Shown here in pieces: positions 50,292 to 59,739 of a DNA stretch of 64,000 bases (the stretch's first letter is position 1; every line of letters starts with the position of its first letter). The notes under the pieces were generated by a model. It worked only from the letters and a program-made list of their open reading frames with translations. It did not search any database and had not been told where the DNA came from. Made by a program: the position numbers and the translations under genes. This DNA comes from Chloroflexota bacterium (lineage in GTDB: Bacteria > Chloroflexota > UBA6077 > JACCZL01). The DNA is taken from positions 16,843 to 80,842 of the forward strand of contig JAUJPG010000004.1 in NCBI GenBank assembly GCA_030447245.1, written 5' to 3'.

Positions 50292-51797
50292 ATGATGATG
50301 CAGGCATCCGAGGTGGAGTCACGGCCGTGGGCGACGGTGCCGGGGCCGCTCGACCGGGCGAGCTTCTTCGAGGAGCAGGCCCGGCATCGGCGGTCGACCT
50401 GGCGGCTGACGGCGCTCTGCCTGGCGGCGGTGGTGCTGATGGGGCTGGTGGTGAGCGTCGTCGTGACGCCGCTGCTGATGGCGCAGATCGGCATCACCCT
50501 CGCGGTGCTCGGAATCGTGCTGCCGGTCCCAGACGTTCTGAAGGCCATTCCGAACGGGTACGCCGATCTGATCGCCCCGATGATGCATCAGGATCAGCGT
50601 CCGGCGACCTTCGGACAGATCGTCGTCGGCTGGGCCTTGTTGCTCGGACCGGGCGTGGCGGTGATGCTCCTGATCTCGTTCTGGCTGTGGTCGCTCTTCC
50701 TGCGGGCCGGGGTTGGCGGCGCGCTGCTCGCGCTGGGGGCACGTGCGCCGCGGCCCGATGACCTCGAGGAGCAACAGCTCGTCAACGTCGTCGCCGAGAT
50801 GGCCATCGCGGCCGGGCTGCCGCCTCCCCAGGTCGTGCTGCTCGACTCGGACGTGCCGAACGTGGCGGTCATTGGCTCGGGGCCGGACGACGCGACCGTG
50901 GTCGTCTCGCGGCGACTGCTGGATGAGTTCGACCGGGACCAGACCCAGGCGGCGCTCGGCCACCTGATTGGCTCGATCGGCAATGGCGACCTACGCATCG
51001 CCTTTGCGATCGTGTCGGTGTACCAGACCTTTGGCCTGCTGATGACGCTGCTCGACGCGCCGTTCACTGGAGCCGCTCGCTCCACGATCGGCCGCACGCT
51101 GCGTTTCGCCCTGCGTCGACCGGACCGCGACGCGGCCGGCGAGGCCGAGCGGGTGACGGCGCTCTTCTCCCAGACGTTCACGTCGGCACGGCTCGACGAG
51201 ATCGGCAAGTTCCTGGAGCCCGATCCAGACACCTGGCTGGGTCGGCTCGACCAGCGCACCGTCATCTTCCGCGGGATTCGGATCGCCGTCTTGATGCCGC
51301 TGCTGTTTGCGAACCTGTTCAGCAAGATCGTCTTGCTGGTGTTGATGCCCCTTCTGGTTGGCCCGTTGATCGCGCTGGTCTGGCGATCACGCCGCTACCT
51401 GGCGGATTCCACGGCCGTCCAGCTCACCCGCAATCCCGACGGGATGGCCGCCGCGCTGGTCGAGCTGCTCCAAAAGGGCGGGCTGCCGCCCGGCAGCAAG
51501 TGGTCGGCCCACCTGTTCGTCGTGGGCACTGAGGTCGCCCGAGAACAGGCCCAGCGTACGCTGGCGGCGAAGCTGCGAGGGATCGGGGAGGCCAATGCCG
51601 GCAGACCGCTCTCTGAGCGCCTCACCGCGGGCGTCAGGATGGCCGGCGAGGCGATGCGCGGGGCGAATGAGGCCGAGGCGGCAGACGCGGGCACCTTTGC
51701 CGAAGAGAACTCGATTCTGCTGAACTTCCACCCGCCCCTGCGCAAGCGGCTCGAGCGGCTGCGACTCCAGGGCGCGACCATCAATCTGCACGCGTAA
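50292..51797 (+). CDS. M48/HtpX-like membrane protein lacking the HExxH zinc site
   Basis: TM helices; PNVAVIGSGPDDATVVVSRRLL aligns with HtpX NAFATG...VAVSTGLL, but the active-site position reads ALGHLIGSIGNGDL where HtpX has AHEISHIANGDM. Confidence 0.6.
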   Translation: MMMQASEVESRPWATVPGPLDRASFFEEQARHRRSTWRLTALCLAAVVLMGLVVSVVVTPLLMAQIGITLAVLGIVLPVPDVLKAIPNGYADLIAPMMHQDQRPATFGQIVVGWALLLGPGVAVMLLISFWLWSLFLRAGVGGALLALGARAPRPDDLEEQQLVNVVAEMAIAAGLPPPQVVLLDSDVPNVAVIGSGPDDATVVVSRRLLDEFDRDQTQAALGHLIGSIGNGDLRIAFAIVSVYQTFGLLMTLLDAPFTGAARSTIGRTLRFALRRPDRDAAGEAERVTALFSQTFTSARLDEIGKFLEPDPDTWLGRLDQRTVIFRGIRIAVLMPLLFANLFSKIVLLVLMPLLVGPLIALVWRSRRYLADSTAVQLTRNPDGMAAALVELLQKGGLPPGSKWSAHLFVVGTEVAREQAQRTLAAKLRGIGEANAGRPLSERLTAGVRMAGEAMRGANEAEAADAGTFAEENSILLNFHPPLRKRLERLRLQGATINLHA

Positions 51798-51811
51798 GGA
51801 GGGACCGACCG

Positions 51812-52369
51812 ATGGAGCTGTTGATCGTCCTGGCGGTGGTGGCGTTGCTGGCGTTCTACCTGGTGAGCGTCTACAACGGCCTGATCGGCAAGCGGAACCG
51901 GGTCAGGAACGCCTGGTCACAGATCGACGTGCAGCTGAAGCGTCGGCACGACCTGATCCCCAACCTCATCAACGCCGTCAAGGGCTATCTGGCTCACGAG
52001 CGGGGAGTGCTGGAGAGCGTCACTCGCGCCCGCGCGGAGGCGATCGCGGCCGGCAATGACGTCCCCGCGCGAGCGGCGGCAGAAGGCGAGCTGACCCGGA
52101 CGGTACGCTCGTTGTTCGCGGTGGCCGAAGCCTATCCGGATCTGAAGGGGAACCAGAACATGCTGGCCCTGCAGGAGGAGCTGAGCTCGACCGAGAACAG
52201 GGTCGCCTTCTCGCGCCAGCACTACAACGATTCGGTGATGGCGTACAACACCGCCCGTGAGACGCTTCCGGCCAGCCTCTTCGCCCCGGCGCTCGGCTTC
52301 GGTGCGGAGCCCCTGTTCACGCTCGAGGACCCAGTCGCCGAGCGCGGCGTGCCACAGGTGCAGTTCTAG
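51812..52369 (+). CDS. lemA: LemA family protein
   Basis: N-terminal TM helix and VYNGLIGKRNRVRNAWSQIDVQLKRRHDLIPNL signature. Confidence 0.85.
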   Translation: MELLIVLAVVALLAFYLVSVYNGLIGKRNRVRNAWSQIDVQLKRRHDLIPNLINAVKGYLAHERGVLESVTRARAEAIAAGNDVPARAAAEGELTRTVRSLFAVAEAYPDLKGNQNMLALQEELSSTENRVAFSRQHYNDSVMAYNTARETLPASLFAPALGFGAEPLFTLEDPVAERGVPQVQF

Positions 52370-52477
52370 CCCGCCGACTTCGCTTGGCGAGGCGGTGAGG
52401 GAGTTCGTTGCGCACGCCACACCCCCGCCGATCGCGCTGCTCCAGTGGGCAACCGGCGTCTGGGGGCCGGACAACGA

Positions 52478-52525
52478 GCGGGGGACTTGAAGCCCCCGAC
52501 GGGGAGGGGGCATGTGCCCCCTCCC
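52478..52525. terminator. two adjacent GC-rich hairpins between convergent lemA and the coxL-like gene
   Basis: cgggggacttgaagcccccg and the 24-bp palindrome ggggagggggca|tgccccctcccc. Confidence 0.35.
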
Positions 52526-52559
52526 CGAACCGGCGAGACCACGTGGCCTTTGGATCCGA

Positions 52560-54908
52560 TTATGCCTGGCCGTTCGAGCCACTGGCAGCGCGGATAGCCT
52601 TCCAGACCCGCACGGACGTGGCGGGCATGTCGAAGTCCTGGATCCCGAGCGGGAGCAGTGCGTCGACGACAGCGCTCCGGAGAGTCGGGGTGCTGCCGAT
52701 CGTGCCGGCCTCGCCGACACCCTTGACGCCGAGCGGGTTGCGGTCGGTCGTCGTCACCGTCCGATCAAGCTCGAACATCGGCATCATGTGCGCGGTTGGC
52801 ACGGAGTAGTCGTTGAGCGTCCCGCTGACCAGCTGGCCGCTCTCGTCGTAGACGACCTCTTCGCACAGCGCCTGCGCGACACCCTGAACGATGCCGCCGT
52901 GACGTTGGCCGTCGAGCAGCAGCGGGTTGATCACATTACCAACGTCGTCGACGGCGATGAAGCGGCGGAGCGTGACGCGCCCGGTGTCCGGGTCGATATC
53001 GACAACCGCGACGTGGACGCCGAACGGGAAGACCGAATCGTCCGGCTTGAAAAAGCGGGTGGATTCCAGGCCCGGCTCGTCGCCGGTCGGGACGTTGCCG
53101 CCGTAGGCCGCGGCAGCGATCTCGCCGAGGGTGACCGCCTTGCCGGCGGCGCCGCGGACGGCGAAGGTGCCGTTGCTCCGCTCGACGTCATCCGGCGCGG
53201 CCTCGAGCAGGTGGGCCGCGATCCGCACGGCCTTGTCCCTGACCTGGTCGACGGCCATCACCATCGCCCCGCCGCCGACCGCCGCGCTGCGACTCCCGAA
53301 CGTCCCGATGCCGCTCTGGGTCATGGCGGTGTCGCCGTGGAGGACGACGATGTCGTCGATGCCGACGCCGAGGCTGTCGGCGACGATCTGGGCCATCGAC
53401 GTCTCGGTTCCCTGGCCGTGTGGCGACGTGCCGGTGTGGACCATCACCTTACCGGACGGCTCGACGCGGACCGTGGCGCTCTCCCAGGGACCGAAGCCGC
53501 AAATCTCGACGTAGGCAGCCAGCCCGATGCCCATCAGCTTGCCCTGCGCACGGGCCGTCTGCTGCTCCTCGCGGAGCTGCCGGTAGCCCGAAACTTCGAG
53601 CGCCTTGTCGAGCGCCTTGACGTACTCGCCGGTGTCGTAGTTGGCGCCCAGGCCATTGGAGTAGGGGAACTTCTCGGGTGGAATGAAGTTGATTCGACGA
53701 ATCTCGGCCGGGTCTTTGCCGAGCTCGTGGCCGATCTTGTCCATCAGGCATTCGAGGAGGTAGGTCGCCTCGGGGCGGCCGGCTCCGCGGTAGGCGCCGA
53801 CGGGCGTCTTGTTGGTCAGCACGCCCTTGAGCGTGAAGTGGATGTTGGGGATGTCGTATGGGCCGGGCATCATCATCCCGGTCAGCATCCCCATTAGGGG
53901 CGAGAGGTACTGGTAGTAGCCCCCGATGTCGCAAATAGCGTCGACGTGGATCGCCGTGACGCGGCCGTCGCCGGTGATCGCGGCCTCGACAATGTCAACC
54001 TGCCCGCGGCCCTGCATCGCGGCCTGGAAATTCTCGGAGCGCGTCTCAGACCACTTGACGGGACGGGAAAGGCGCATCGCGGCGATCGCGGCAAGGGTCT
54101 CCTCAGGCGAGACGTCGACCTTGTTGCCAAAGCCGCCGCCGACCTCCGGGGCGATGACGCGTACCTTGTTCTCCGGCACGCCGAGCAGGACGGCAAGCTT
54201 CGTCTTCAGGCCATGCGGGATCTGGGTGGACGACCACATCGTCAGCTCGCCGGAGTCACCCGGGCGGCCCGGCCGCCAGTCGGTGACGCAGCCGCGGGTC
54301 TCCATGGCGACGGCGAAGACGCGCTGATTGACGACCCGCAGCTTGACGACCCGCTCGGCGTTGGCGAACGCGGCGTCCGGATCGCCGACCTTACGGTCCT
54401 GGGTGTGACCGAGGTTCGTCCCGAACTCTTCGTACAGCAGCGGCGCCCCTGGAGCAAGGCCCGCCTCCGGGTCGACCACCGCCGCGGGCAGCGGCTCGTA
54501 GTCGACCTCCACCAGGGCGGCCGCGTCACGGGCGGCATAGCGCGTCTCGGCGATGACGGCCGCGACCGGGTCGCCGACGTAGCGGACCTTGTCGGTCGCG
54601 AGCGGCCCGCGCTCCATATTCTTGACGTCGCTGAATGGATCGAAGGCGAACTCATACGGAAGCGGACCGGTGGTGGAGCCTTCGAGGTCCTTGGCTGTGA
54701 GGACGGCCAGGACTCCGGGCACCCCGAGCGCGGCGGCTGTGTCGATGCCGTTGACGCGAGCATGGCCGTGCGGGCTCCTGACGAAGATCAGGTGGGCCAG
54801 GCCCGGGAGCTGGAGGTCGTCAACGTAGGTGGACGACCCGGTGATCAGGCGCGGGTCCTCGCGCCGCTTGATTGGTTGACCGAGCATCTTGGGTGTTGCG
54901 ACTGTCAT
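52560..54908 (-). CDS. molybdopterin-dependent oxidoreductase large subunit (xanthine dehydrogenase/CoxL family, AYRGAGR type)
   Basis: 782 aa; GQPIKRREDPRLITG N-terminus, VGAYRGAGRPEATYL active-site loop, MoCo-binding C-terminal domains. Confidence 0.8.
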   Translation of the reverse strand: MTVATPKMLGQPIKRREDPRLITGSSTYVDDLQLPGLAHLIFVRSPHGHARVNGIDTAAALGVPGVLAVLTAKDLEGSTTGPLPYEFAFDPFSDVKNMERGPLATDKVRYVGDPVAAVIAETRYAARDAAALVEVDYEPLPAAVVDPEAGLAPGAPLLYEEFGTNLGHTQDRKVGDPDAAFANAERVVKLRVVNQRVFAVAMETRGCVTDWRPGRPGDSGELTMWSSTQIPHGLKTKLAVLLGVPENKVRVIAPEVGGGFGNKVDVSPEETLAAIAAMRLSRPVKWSETRSENFQAAMQGRGQVDIVEAAITGDGRVTAIHVDAICDIGGYYQYLSPLMGMLTGMMMPGPYDIPNIHFTLKGVLTNKTPVGAYRGAGRPEATYLLECLMDKIGHELGKDPAEIRRINFIPPEKFPYSNGLGANYDTGEYVKALDKALEVSGYRQLREEQQTARAQGKLMGIGLAAYVEICGFGPWESATVRVEPSGKVMVHTGTSPHGQGTETSMAQIVADSLGVGIDDIVVLHGDTAMTQSGIGTFGSRSAAVGGGAMVMAVDQVRDKAVRIAAHLLEAAPDDVERSNGTFAVRGAAGKAVTLGEIAAAAYGGNVPTGDEPGLESTRFFKPDDSVFPFGVHVAVVDIDPDTGRVTLRRFIAVDDVGNVINPLLLDGQRHGGIVQGVAQALCEEVVYDESGQLVSGTLNDYSVPTAHMMPMFELDRTVTTTDRNPLGVKGVGEAGTIGSTPTLRSAVVDALLPLGIQDFDMPATSVRVWKAIRAASGSNGQA

Positions 54909-55121
54909 GGGGTCCCCCTCCGGGCGTCTGTGACGCGCTGTCGCAGCATCCTAGCGCGTTGCGCCGTGGGGCTCAAGTCCAGCACGGCGCGCCGACGGCG
55001 CTACGGGGATTCGCGGCAGGTTTTCCTTCAGGTCGGCCGTCTTCTGGCTGTCACGCGCCAGTGTGGGCTGGTATCCTGCTGGCGCCGCGACGGGGCGGCA
55101 GTCTGTCGAGGAGTGACAAGC

Positions 55122-56216
55122 GTGAAAGCAGCGGTACTCAATGACTACGGGCAGCCCCTGAGCATCGAGGAGGTGCGGATCGACTCGCCAAGGGCGGGCG
55201 AGGTGAAGGTGCGGATCGGCGCCACCGGCGTCTGCCACAGTGACTACCACCTGATCAAGGGCGAGTGGAAGTACGGTCTGCCGATGATCCTGGGTCACGA
55301 GGCGGCCGGGGTTGTCGAGGAGGTGGGCGCGGGCGTCACCAGCGTCCAGCCGGGTGATCACGCGATCCTGTCGTTCCGGCCCGCGTGCGGGATCTGTCGG
55401 CTGTGCACGCTGGGTCGCTCGGTGATGTGCGAAGGGTATACCGGCAACCGCTTCATGATGCATGACGGCACCGCGCGGGTCCACCGAAACGGCGAGGACC
55501 TGCTGGTAATGGCGCGGATGGGCTCCTTCGCCGAGTACGTGGTGATGGCCGCCGAGCAGGTAATCCCGGTTCGCAAGGATGTCTCGATGGAGGTGCTCGC
55601 CTTGATCGGCTGCGCCGTGACGACCGGTGTCGGCGCGGTGATCAACGCGGCGAAGGTGGAGCCGGGCAGCTCGGTCGCCGTGATCGGCTGCGGTGGGGTC
55701 GGGCTGAACGTGATCCAGGGGGCCGGGCTGGTCAGCGCCGGACGGGTCATCGCCGTCGACCTGCTGGACAACAAGCTCGAGTACGCACGCCAGTTCGGCG
55801 CCACGGACACCGTGAATGGGTCCAGCGGCGACGCGGTCGACCAGGTTCGCGAGCTGACCGGCGGCGGGGTCGACTATGCATTCGAGGTGATCGGCAACGG
55901 CAAGACGGTCGAGCAGGCGATCCAGATGACCCGGGCGGGGGGGACGGCCTGCATCGTCGGGATGGCGCCGCAGAACACATCGTCGAGCTTCGACCCGCTC
56001 ATCTTTGTGATGAAGGAGACCAAGCTGATCGGGACATGGTACGGGTCGGCGCGACCGCGGATCGACTTCCCGCGGCTTGTCGAGCTGACCATGGCGGGCA
56101 AGCTGAAGGTCGAGGAGCTCATCTCGCGGCGCTACAGCCTGGACGAGATCAACGACGGCTTCGACCGCCTCGGTCGTGGCGAGGTCGCACGCGGAGTAAT
56201 CACCTTCCCAACCTGA
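55122..56216 (+). CDS. zinc-dependent alcohol dehydrogenase (MDR family)
   Basis: GVCHSDYH, GHEAAGVVEEVG, structural-zinc Cys cluster CGICRLCTLGRSVMCE, VIGCGGVG NAD motif; GTG start at about 55122. Confidence 0.8.
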   Translation: MKAAVLNDYGQPLSIEEVRIDSPRAGEVKVRIGATGVCHSDYHLIKGEWKYGLPMILGHEAAGVVEEVGAGVTSVQPGDHAILSFRPACGICRLCTLGRSVMCEGYTGNRFMMHDGTARVHRNGEDLLVMARMGSFAEYVVMAAEQVIPVRKDVSMEVLALIGCAVTTGVGAVINAAKVEPGSSVAVIGCGGVGLNVIQGAGLVSAGRVIAVDLLDNKLEYARQFGATDTVNGSSGDAVDQVRELTGGGVDYAFEVIGNGKTVEQAIQMTRAGGTACIVGMAPQNTSSSFDPLIFVMKETKLIGTWYGSARPRIDFPRLVELTMAGKLKVEELISRRYSLDEINDGFDRLGRGEVARGVITFPT

Positions 56217-56277
56217 GCCAAGATGCGCGACGGCCACCTTCCCGCCACGGCAAGGCGGCCGTCGCGCTCGGCGATCG

Positions 56278-56745
56278 ATGACTTCCGCGAGGGAGTGGCT
56301 GGCGAGACGGCGCGAGGAGAGAACTGTGCGGATCGACACGAGCACCGACTTCGGCGCGCGGGTGGCGCGGCGGCTGCGGGAGGACCAGATCGGCTGGCTG
56401 ACGACGGTGAGGCCAGACGGCATGCCGCAGCCGGTGCCGCTCTGGTTCCTGTGGGATGGCGAGACGTTCCTGATTTACAGCCATCCGAACGCGCAGAAGA
56501 TGCGGAACATCAAGACCAACCCGAAGGTGTCGCTGAACCTCGATGGCGATGGCCGCGGTGGCGACATCGTCGTGCTGACCGGGGAGGCGCGGGCAATCTC
56601 GGATGCGCCGCCCGCCGATCAAGTCGCCGAGTACCTCGAGAAGTATCGGGAAGGCATCAGACGGATCAACATGACGCCAGAGCAAATGGCGCAGATGTAC
56701 TCGGCCGCGATCTGCATGACGCCGGTCAAGCTGACCGGGCATTGA
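56278..56745 (+). CDS. PPOX-class (pyridoxamine 5'-phosphate oxidase-like) probable F420-dependent enzyme
   Basis: IGWLTTVRPDGMPQPVPLWFLWDGETFLIYSHPNAQKMRNIKTNPKVSL split-barrel pattern. Confidence 0.6.
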   Translation: MTSAREWLARRREERTVRIDTSTDFGARVARRLREDQIGWLTTVRPDGMPQPVPLWFLWDGETFLIYSHPNAQKMRNIKTNPKVSLNLDGDGRGGDIVVLTGEARAISDAPPADQVAEYLEKYREGIRRINMTPEQMAQMYSAAICMTPVKLTGH

Positions 56746-56831
56746 GGCGCGGCCGCCCTCTTCCTGGCATCCGATATGACCGGGTACAACGCCGGGCATA
56801 CCTGCGTGCGTGACGCTGGTGGGATGTCGAG

Positions 56832-57539
56832 GTGAACCTCTCAGTGCGACCCGAGCTGATCGTGACCGACTTTGCCGGGACGACCATGCGTGAGGAAGGC
56901 GCCGTGCCGCGGGCGTACCGGCAGGCGCTGATTGAACACGGGATTCCGTTCTCCGAGGACGACCTGGCGACCCGGCGCGGGGCCAGCAAGCGGGCAGTGT
57001 TCCACGAGCTGGCGGCGCGCGACGATCCGGCTTGCGAGCGGCCCGACCGTGGCGATCGCGCCCTAGCGAGCTTCGAGTCCGCCTTGCGCCGCGAGTACGA
57101 AACCGGCAACGTGCGCGAGGTGGATGGCGCCGAGGCGGCGCTTCGGCGGCTGCGGCGGGCCGGCTGTAAGCTGGCGCTCAGCAGCGGCTTCGACCGTGGA
57201 CTGGTTGACCTCCTAGTGGACCGACTCGGCTGGGGTGAGCTGTTCGACCTGGTCCTCGCCAGCGGCGACGTGCCGACCGGGCGGCCGGCGCCGTACCTGA
57301 TCTATCGCGCCATGGCGGAGCTCGGCGTCCACGACGTCGCCCGCGTGGCGGTCGTCGGCGACACGCCTCTCGATCTCCAGGCCGGAACGAACGCGCGGGC
57401 TGGGTGGGTCATTGGTGTCCTCAGCGGCGCCCACGCCATCGAGACGCTCGGCCTAACGTCCCACACGCACCTGCTCCCCAGCGTCGCCGCCCTGCCCGCG
57501 CTGTTCCGCCTCGCGTCCGAATCCCACCTCGGCCCGTGA
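56832..57539 (+). CDS. HAD-superfamily hydrolase
   Basis: Motif I VTDFAGTT (DxxGT), motif II LALSSG, motif IV VVGDTPLD. Confidence 0.75.
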   Translation: MNLSVRPELIVTDFAGTTMREEGAVPRAYRQALIEHGIPFSEDDLATRRGASKRAVFHELAARDDPACERPDRGDRALASFESALRREYETGNVREVDGAEAALRRLRRAGCKLALSSGFDRGLVDLLVDRLGWGELFDLVLASGDVPTGRPAPYLIYRAMAELGVHDVARVAVVGDTPLDLQAGTNARAGWVIGVLSGAHAIETLGLTSHTHLLPSVAALPALFRLASESHLGP

Positions 57540-57853
57540 ACGGGCGCCGCGAACCTGCCTGGACGATGATCCTGCAGGCGCCTCGTAGCTACGCACTCCC
57601 GAGCAGAATACGGGTATAATCGACCCGAGTCGCGAGCGCGGCTGCCTGGTGCTCGGCCGACGTTGACCAATCCACCAGCCTCTGCCTGGTGGATTTTTCT
57701 TGGCCTCGGATGCGGACGATCCCGAGGCGTTGGCCGGCCGAGTGTCAAAAGAATGTGGCGCGTGAAGAATTACGTCGCGCGCTCGACCGGCGACATACAG
57801 CCCGTTCGGGGCCCCACTAACGCGGGGCCGACCAAGATGAGGAGCGACGGACA

Positions 57854-59488
57854 ATGCTGCGCGTACATGAGATCACCAAAGGATACGGGGGCACGCAGGT
57901 CCTCGACGGTGTCACGTTTGAGATCAGCGACCGCGACAAGGTGGCGCTGGTCGGGGTCAACGGCGCCGGCAAATCGACGCTGCTCAAGATCATCGGCGGA
58001 ATCCTGCCGGCCGACGGCGGGCTGATCAAGACCCAGCCAGGGACCGAAGTCTCCTACCTGCCGCAAGACGCCGGCGTGCGCGGCGGCAAGACGCTCTGGC
58101 AGGAGCTGCTCTCGGCGTTCCCCGAGCTCCAGGAGGCGCAGGCCGAGCTCCAGGCGGTCGAGGCCGAGCTGGCGACGTCCTGGGAGGATGCCGGCCGGCT
58201 CGACACGCTCGTCGCGCGCCAGGGCGAGTTACTGGACAACTTCGAACGGCTCGGCGGGTACCGCGTCGAGGCTGAGGTGGCAAAGGTGCTGGCCGGCCTG
58301 GGTTTCGCCTCGGACGACCGCGACAAGCCGTGCGAGGCGTTCTCGGGCGGTTGGCAGATGCGGATTGCACTGGCCAAACTGCTGGTGCGTAAGCCGGGCC
58401 TGCTCCTGCTCGACGAGCCGACGAACCACCTGGACCTGGCCGCGACCGAGTGGCTCGAGGACTACCTGGTCGAATATCCGGGCATGATCGTGGTCGTCTC
58501 GCACGATCGCTACTTCCTGGACAAGGTAGTTTCACGGACGATCGAGGTCGAAGAGGGCAAGGCGAGGGACTATCGGGGCAACTACAGCTACTACCTGACC
58601 GAGCGCGAGCGGCGCCGCAAGGACGCCGTGAATGCCTACGAACGCCAGCAGAAGTGGATCAAGAAGCAGCAGGCATTCATCAATGCCTTCCGCGCCAACG
58701 CCGCGCGCGCTGCCGTGGTCAAGAGCCGCCAGCGGGCGCTGGACAAGCTGGAGCGCATCGCACCGCCACGCGCAAGCGACCCGAAGATCACGGTGCGCTT
58801 CGCCGCTGGCAAACCTGGCCCGGAGCGAGTCCTGGATCTCAACGGGATTGCCAAGGCGTTCGACGGGCGGGCGGTCCTCAACGACCTTTCGCTGATGGTC
58901 AACCGCGGCGATCGCATCGCGCTGGTCGGGCCGAACGGGGCTGGCAAGTCCACATTGCTGAAGGTCATCGCTGGGGTCGAGGAGCCGGACGCCGGGACGG
59001 TGGAGCTGCATTCGAACGTCAGCGTCGGCTACTACGCCCAGGACCAATCGCAGACGCTGGACGAGTCACGGACCGTCGTCGAGGAGATGCTGGCCCACGC
59101 TCCCGATGGCTGGGGCGAGGAGTCGGTCCGCGGACTGCTAGCGCGGTTCCTGTTCCGCCAGGATGACGTGTACAAGTCGATCGGAGCGCTCTCCGGCGGC
59201 GAGAAGAGCCGATTGAGCCTGGCCAAGTTGATCATGCGTCCGCGTCAGCTGCTGCTGCTGGACGAGCCAACCAACCACCTGGACGTACCATCCAAGGACG
59301 AGCTCGAGTCGGCGCTGGACAACTATCCGGGCGCGGTGATCTTCGCGTCACACGACCGCTTCCTCCTGGACCGAGTGGCCACGAAAGTGGCCGAGCTGCA
59401 CGACGGAAAATTGGACGTCCACCTGGGCGGCTGGAGCCGCTTCCGCGAGGTCCAGGCCGAGCGCGAGGAAGCGGAGGCCGTCGCGTAG
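57854..59488 (+). CDS. ABC-F family ATPase (two ABC domains, no TM domain)
   Basis: Two Walker A sites (GVNGAGKST, GPNGAGKST), two signature motifs (FSGGWQMR, LSGGEKSR), inter-domain linker. Confidence 0.85.
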   Translation: MLRVHEITKGYGGTQVLDGVTFEISDRDKVALVGVNGAGKSTLLKIIGGILPADGGLIKTQPGTEVSYLPQDAGVRGGKTLWQELLSAFPELQEAQAELQAVEAELATSWEDAGRLDTLVARQGELLDNFERLGGYRVEAEVAKVLAGLGFASDDRDKPCEAFSGGWQMRIALAKLLVRKPGLLLLDEPTNHLDLAATEWLEDYLVEYPGMIVVVSHDRYFLDKVVSRTIEVEEGKARDYRGNYSYYLTERERRRKDAVNAYERQQKWIKKQQAFINAFRANAARAAVVKSRQRALDKLERIAPPRASDPKITVRFAAGKPGPERVLDLNGIAKAFDGRAVLNDLSLMVNRGDRIALVGPNGAGKSTLLKVIAGVEEPDAGTVELHSNVSVGYYAQDQSQTLDESRTVVEEMLAHAPDGWGEESVRGLLARFLFRQDDVYKSIGALSGGEKSRLSLAKLIMRPRQLLLLDEPTNHLDVPSKDELESALDNYPGAVIFASHDRFLLDRVATKVAELHDGKLDVHLGGWSRFREVQAEREEAEAVA

Positions 59489-59739
59489 CCGCGGTGCCGG
59501 GTTGTCCCGCCGACGGTCGCGCCGCCGCGGTTACCCGATCCACAAAGTCTCGATCAGCGATCGTCCCGCTCGGGAGACCAGGGCAAGAAGTCCGACGCCC
59601 GTGACGGCCTGGTCGCCATCTGGAGCTTGCTCCGTTACCGCGTGGTACGTTGATCTGTCTAGCCCCGACGCTCTGACCGCTGCGTCCAATACTCGCGGTC
59701 CATCTTGACAGCGACTCGCGATCCACCTACCCTCTGGCA

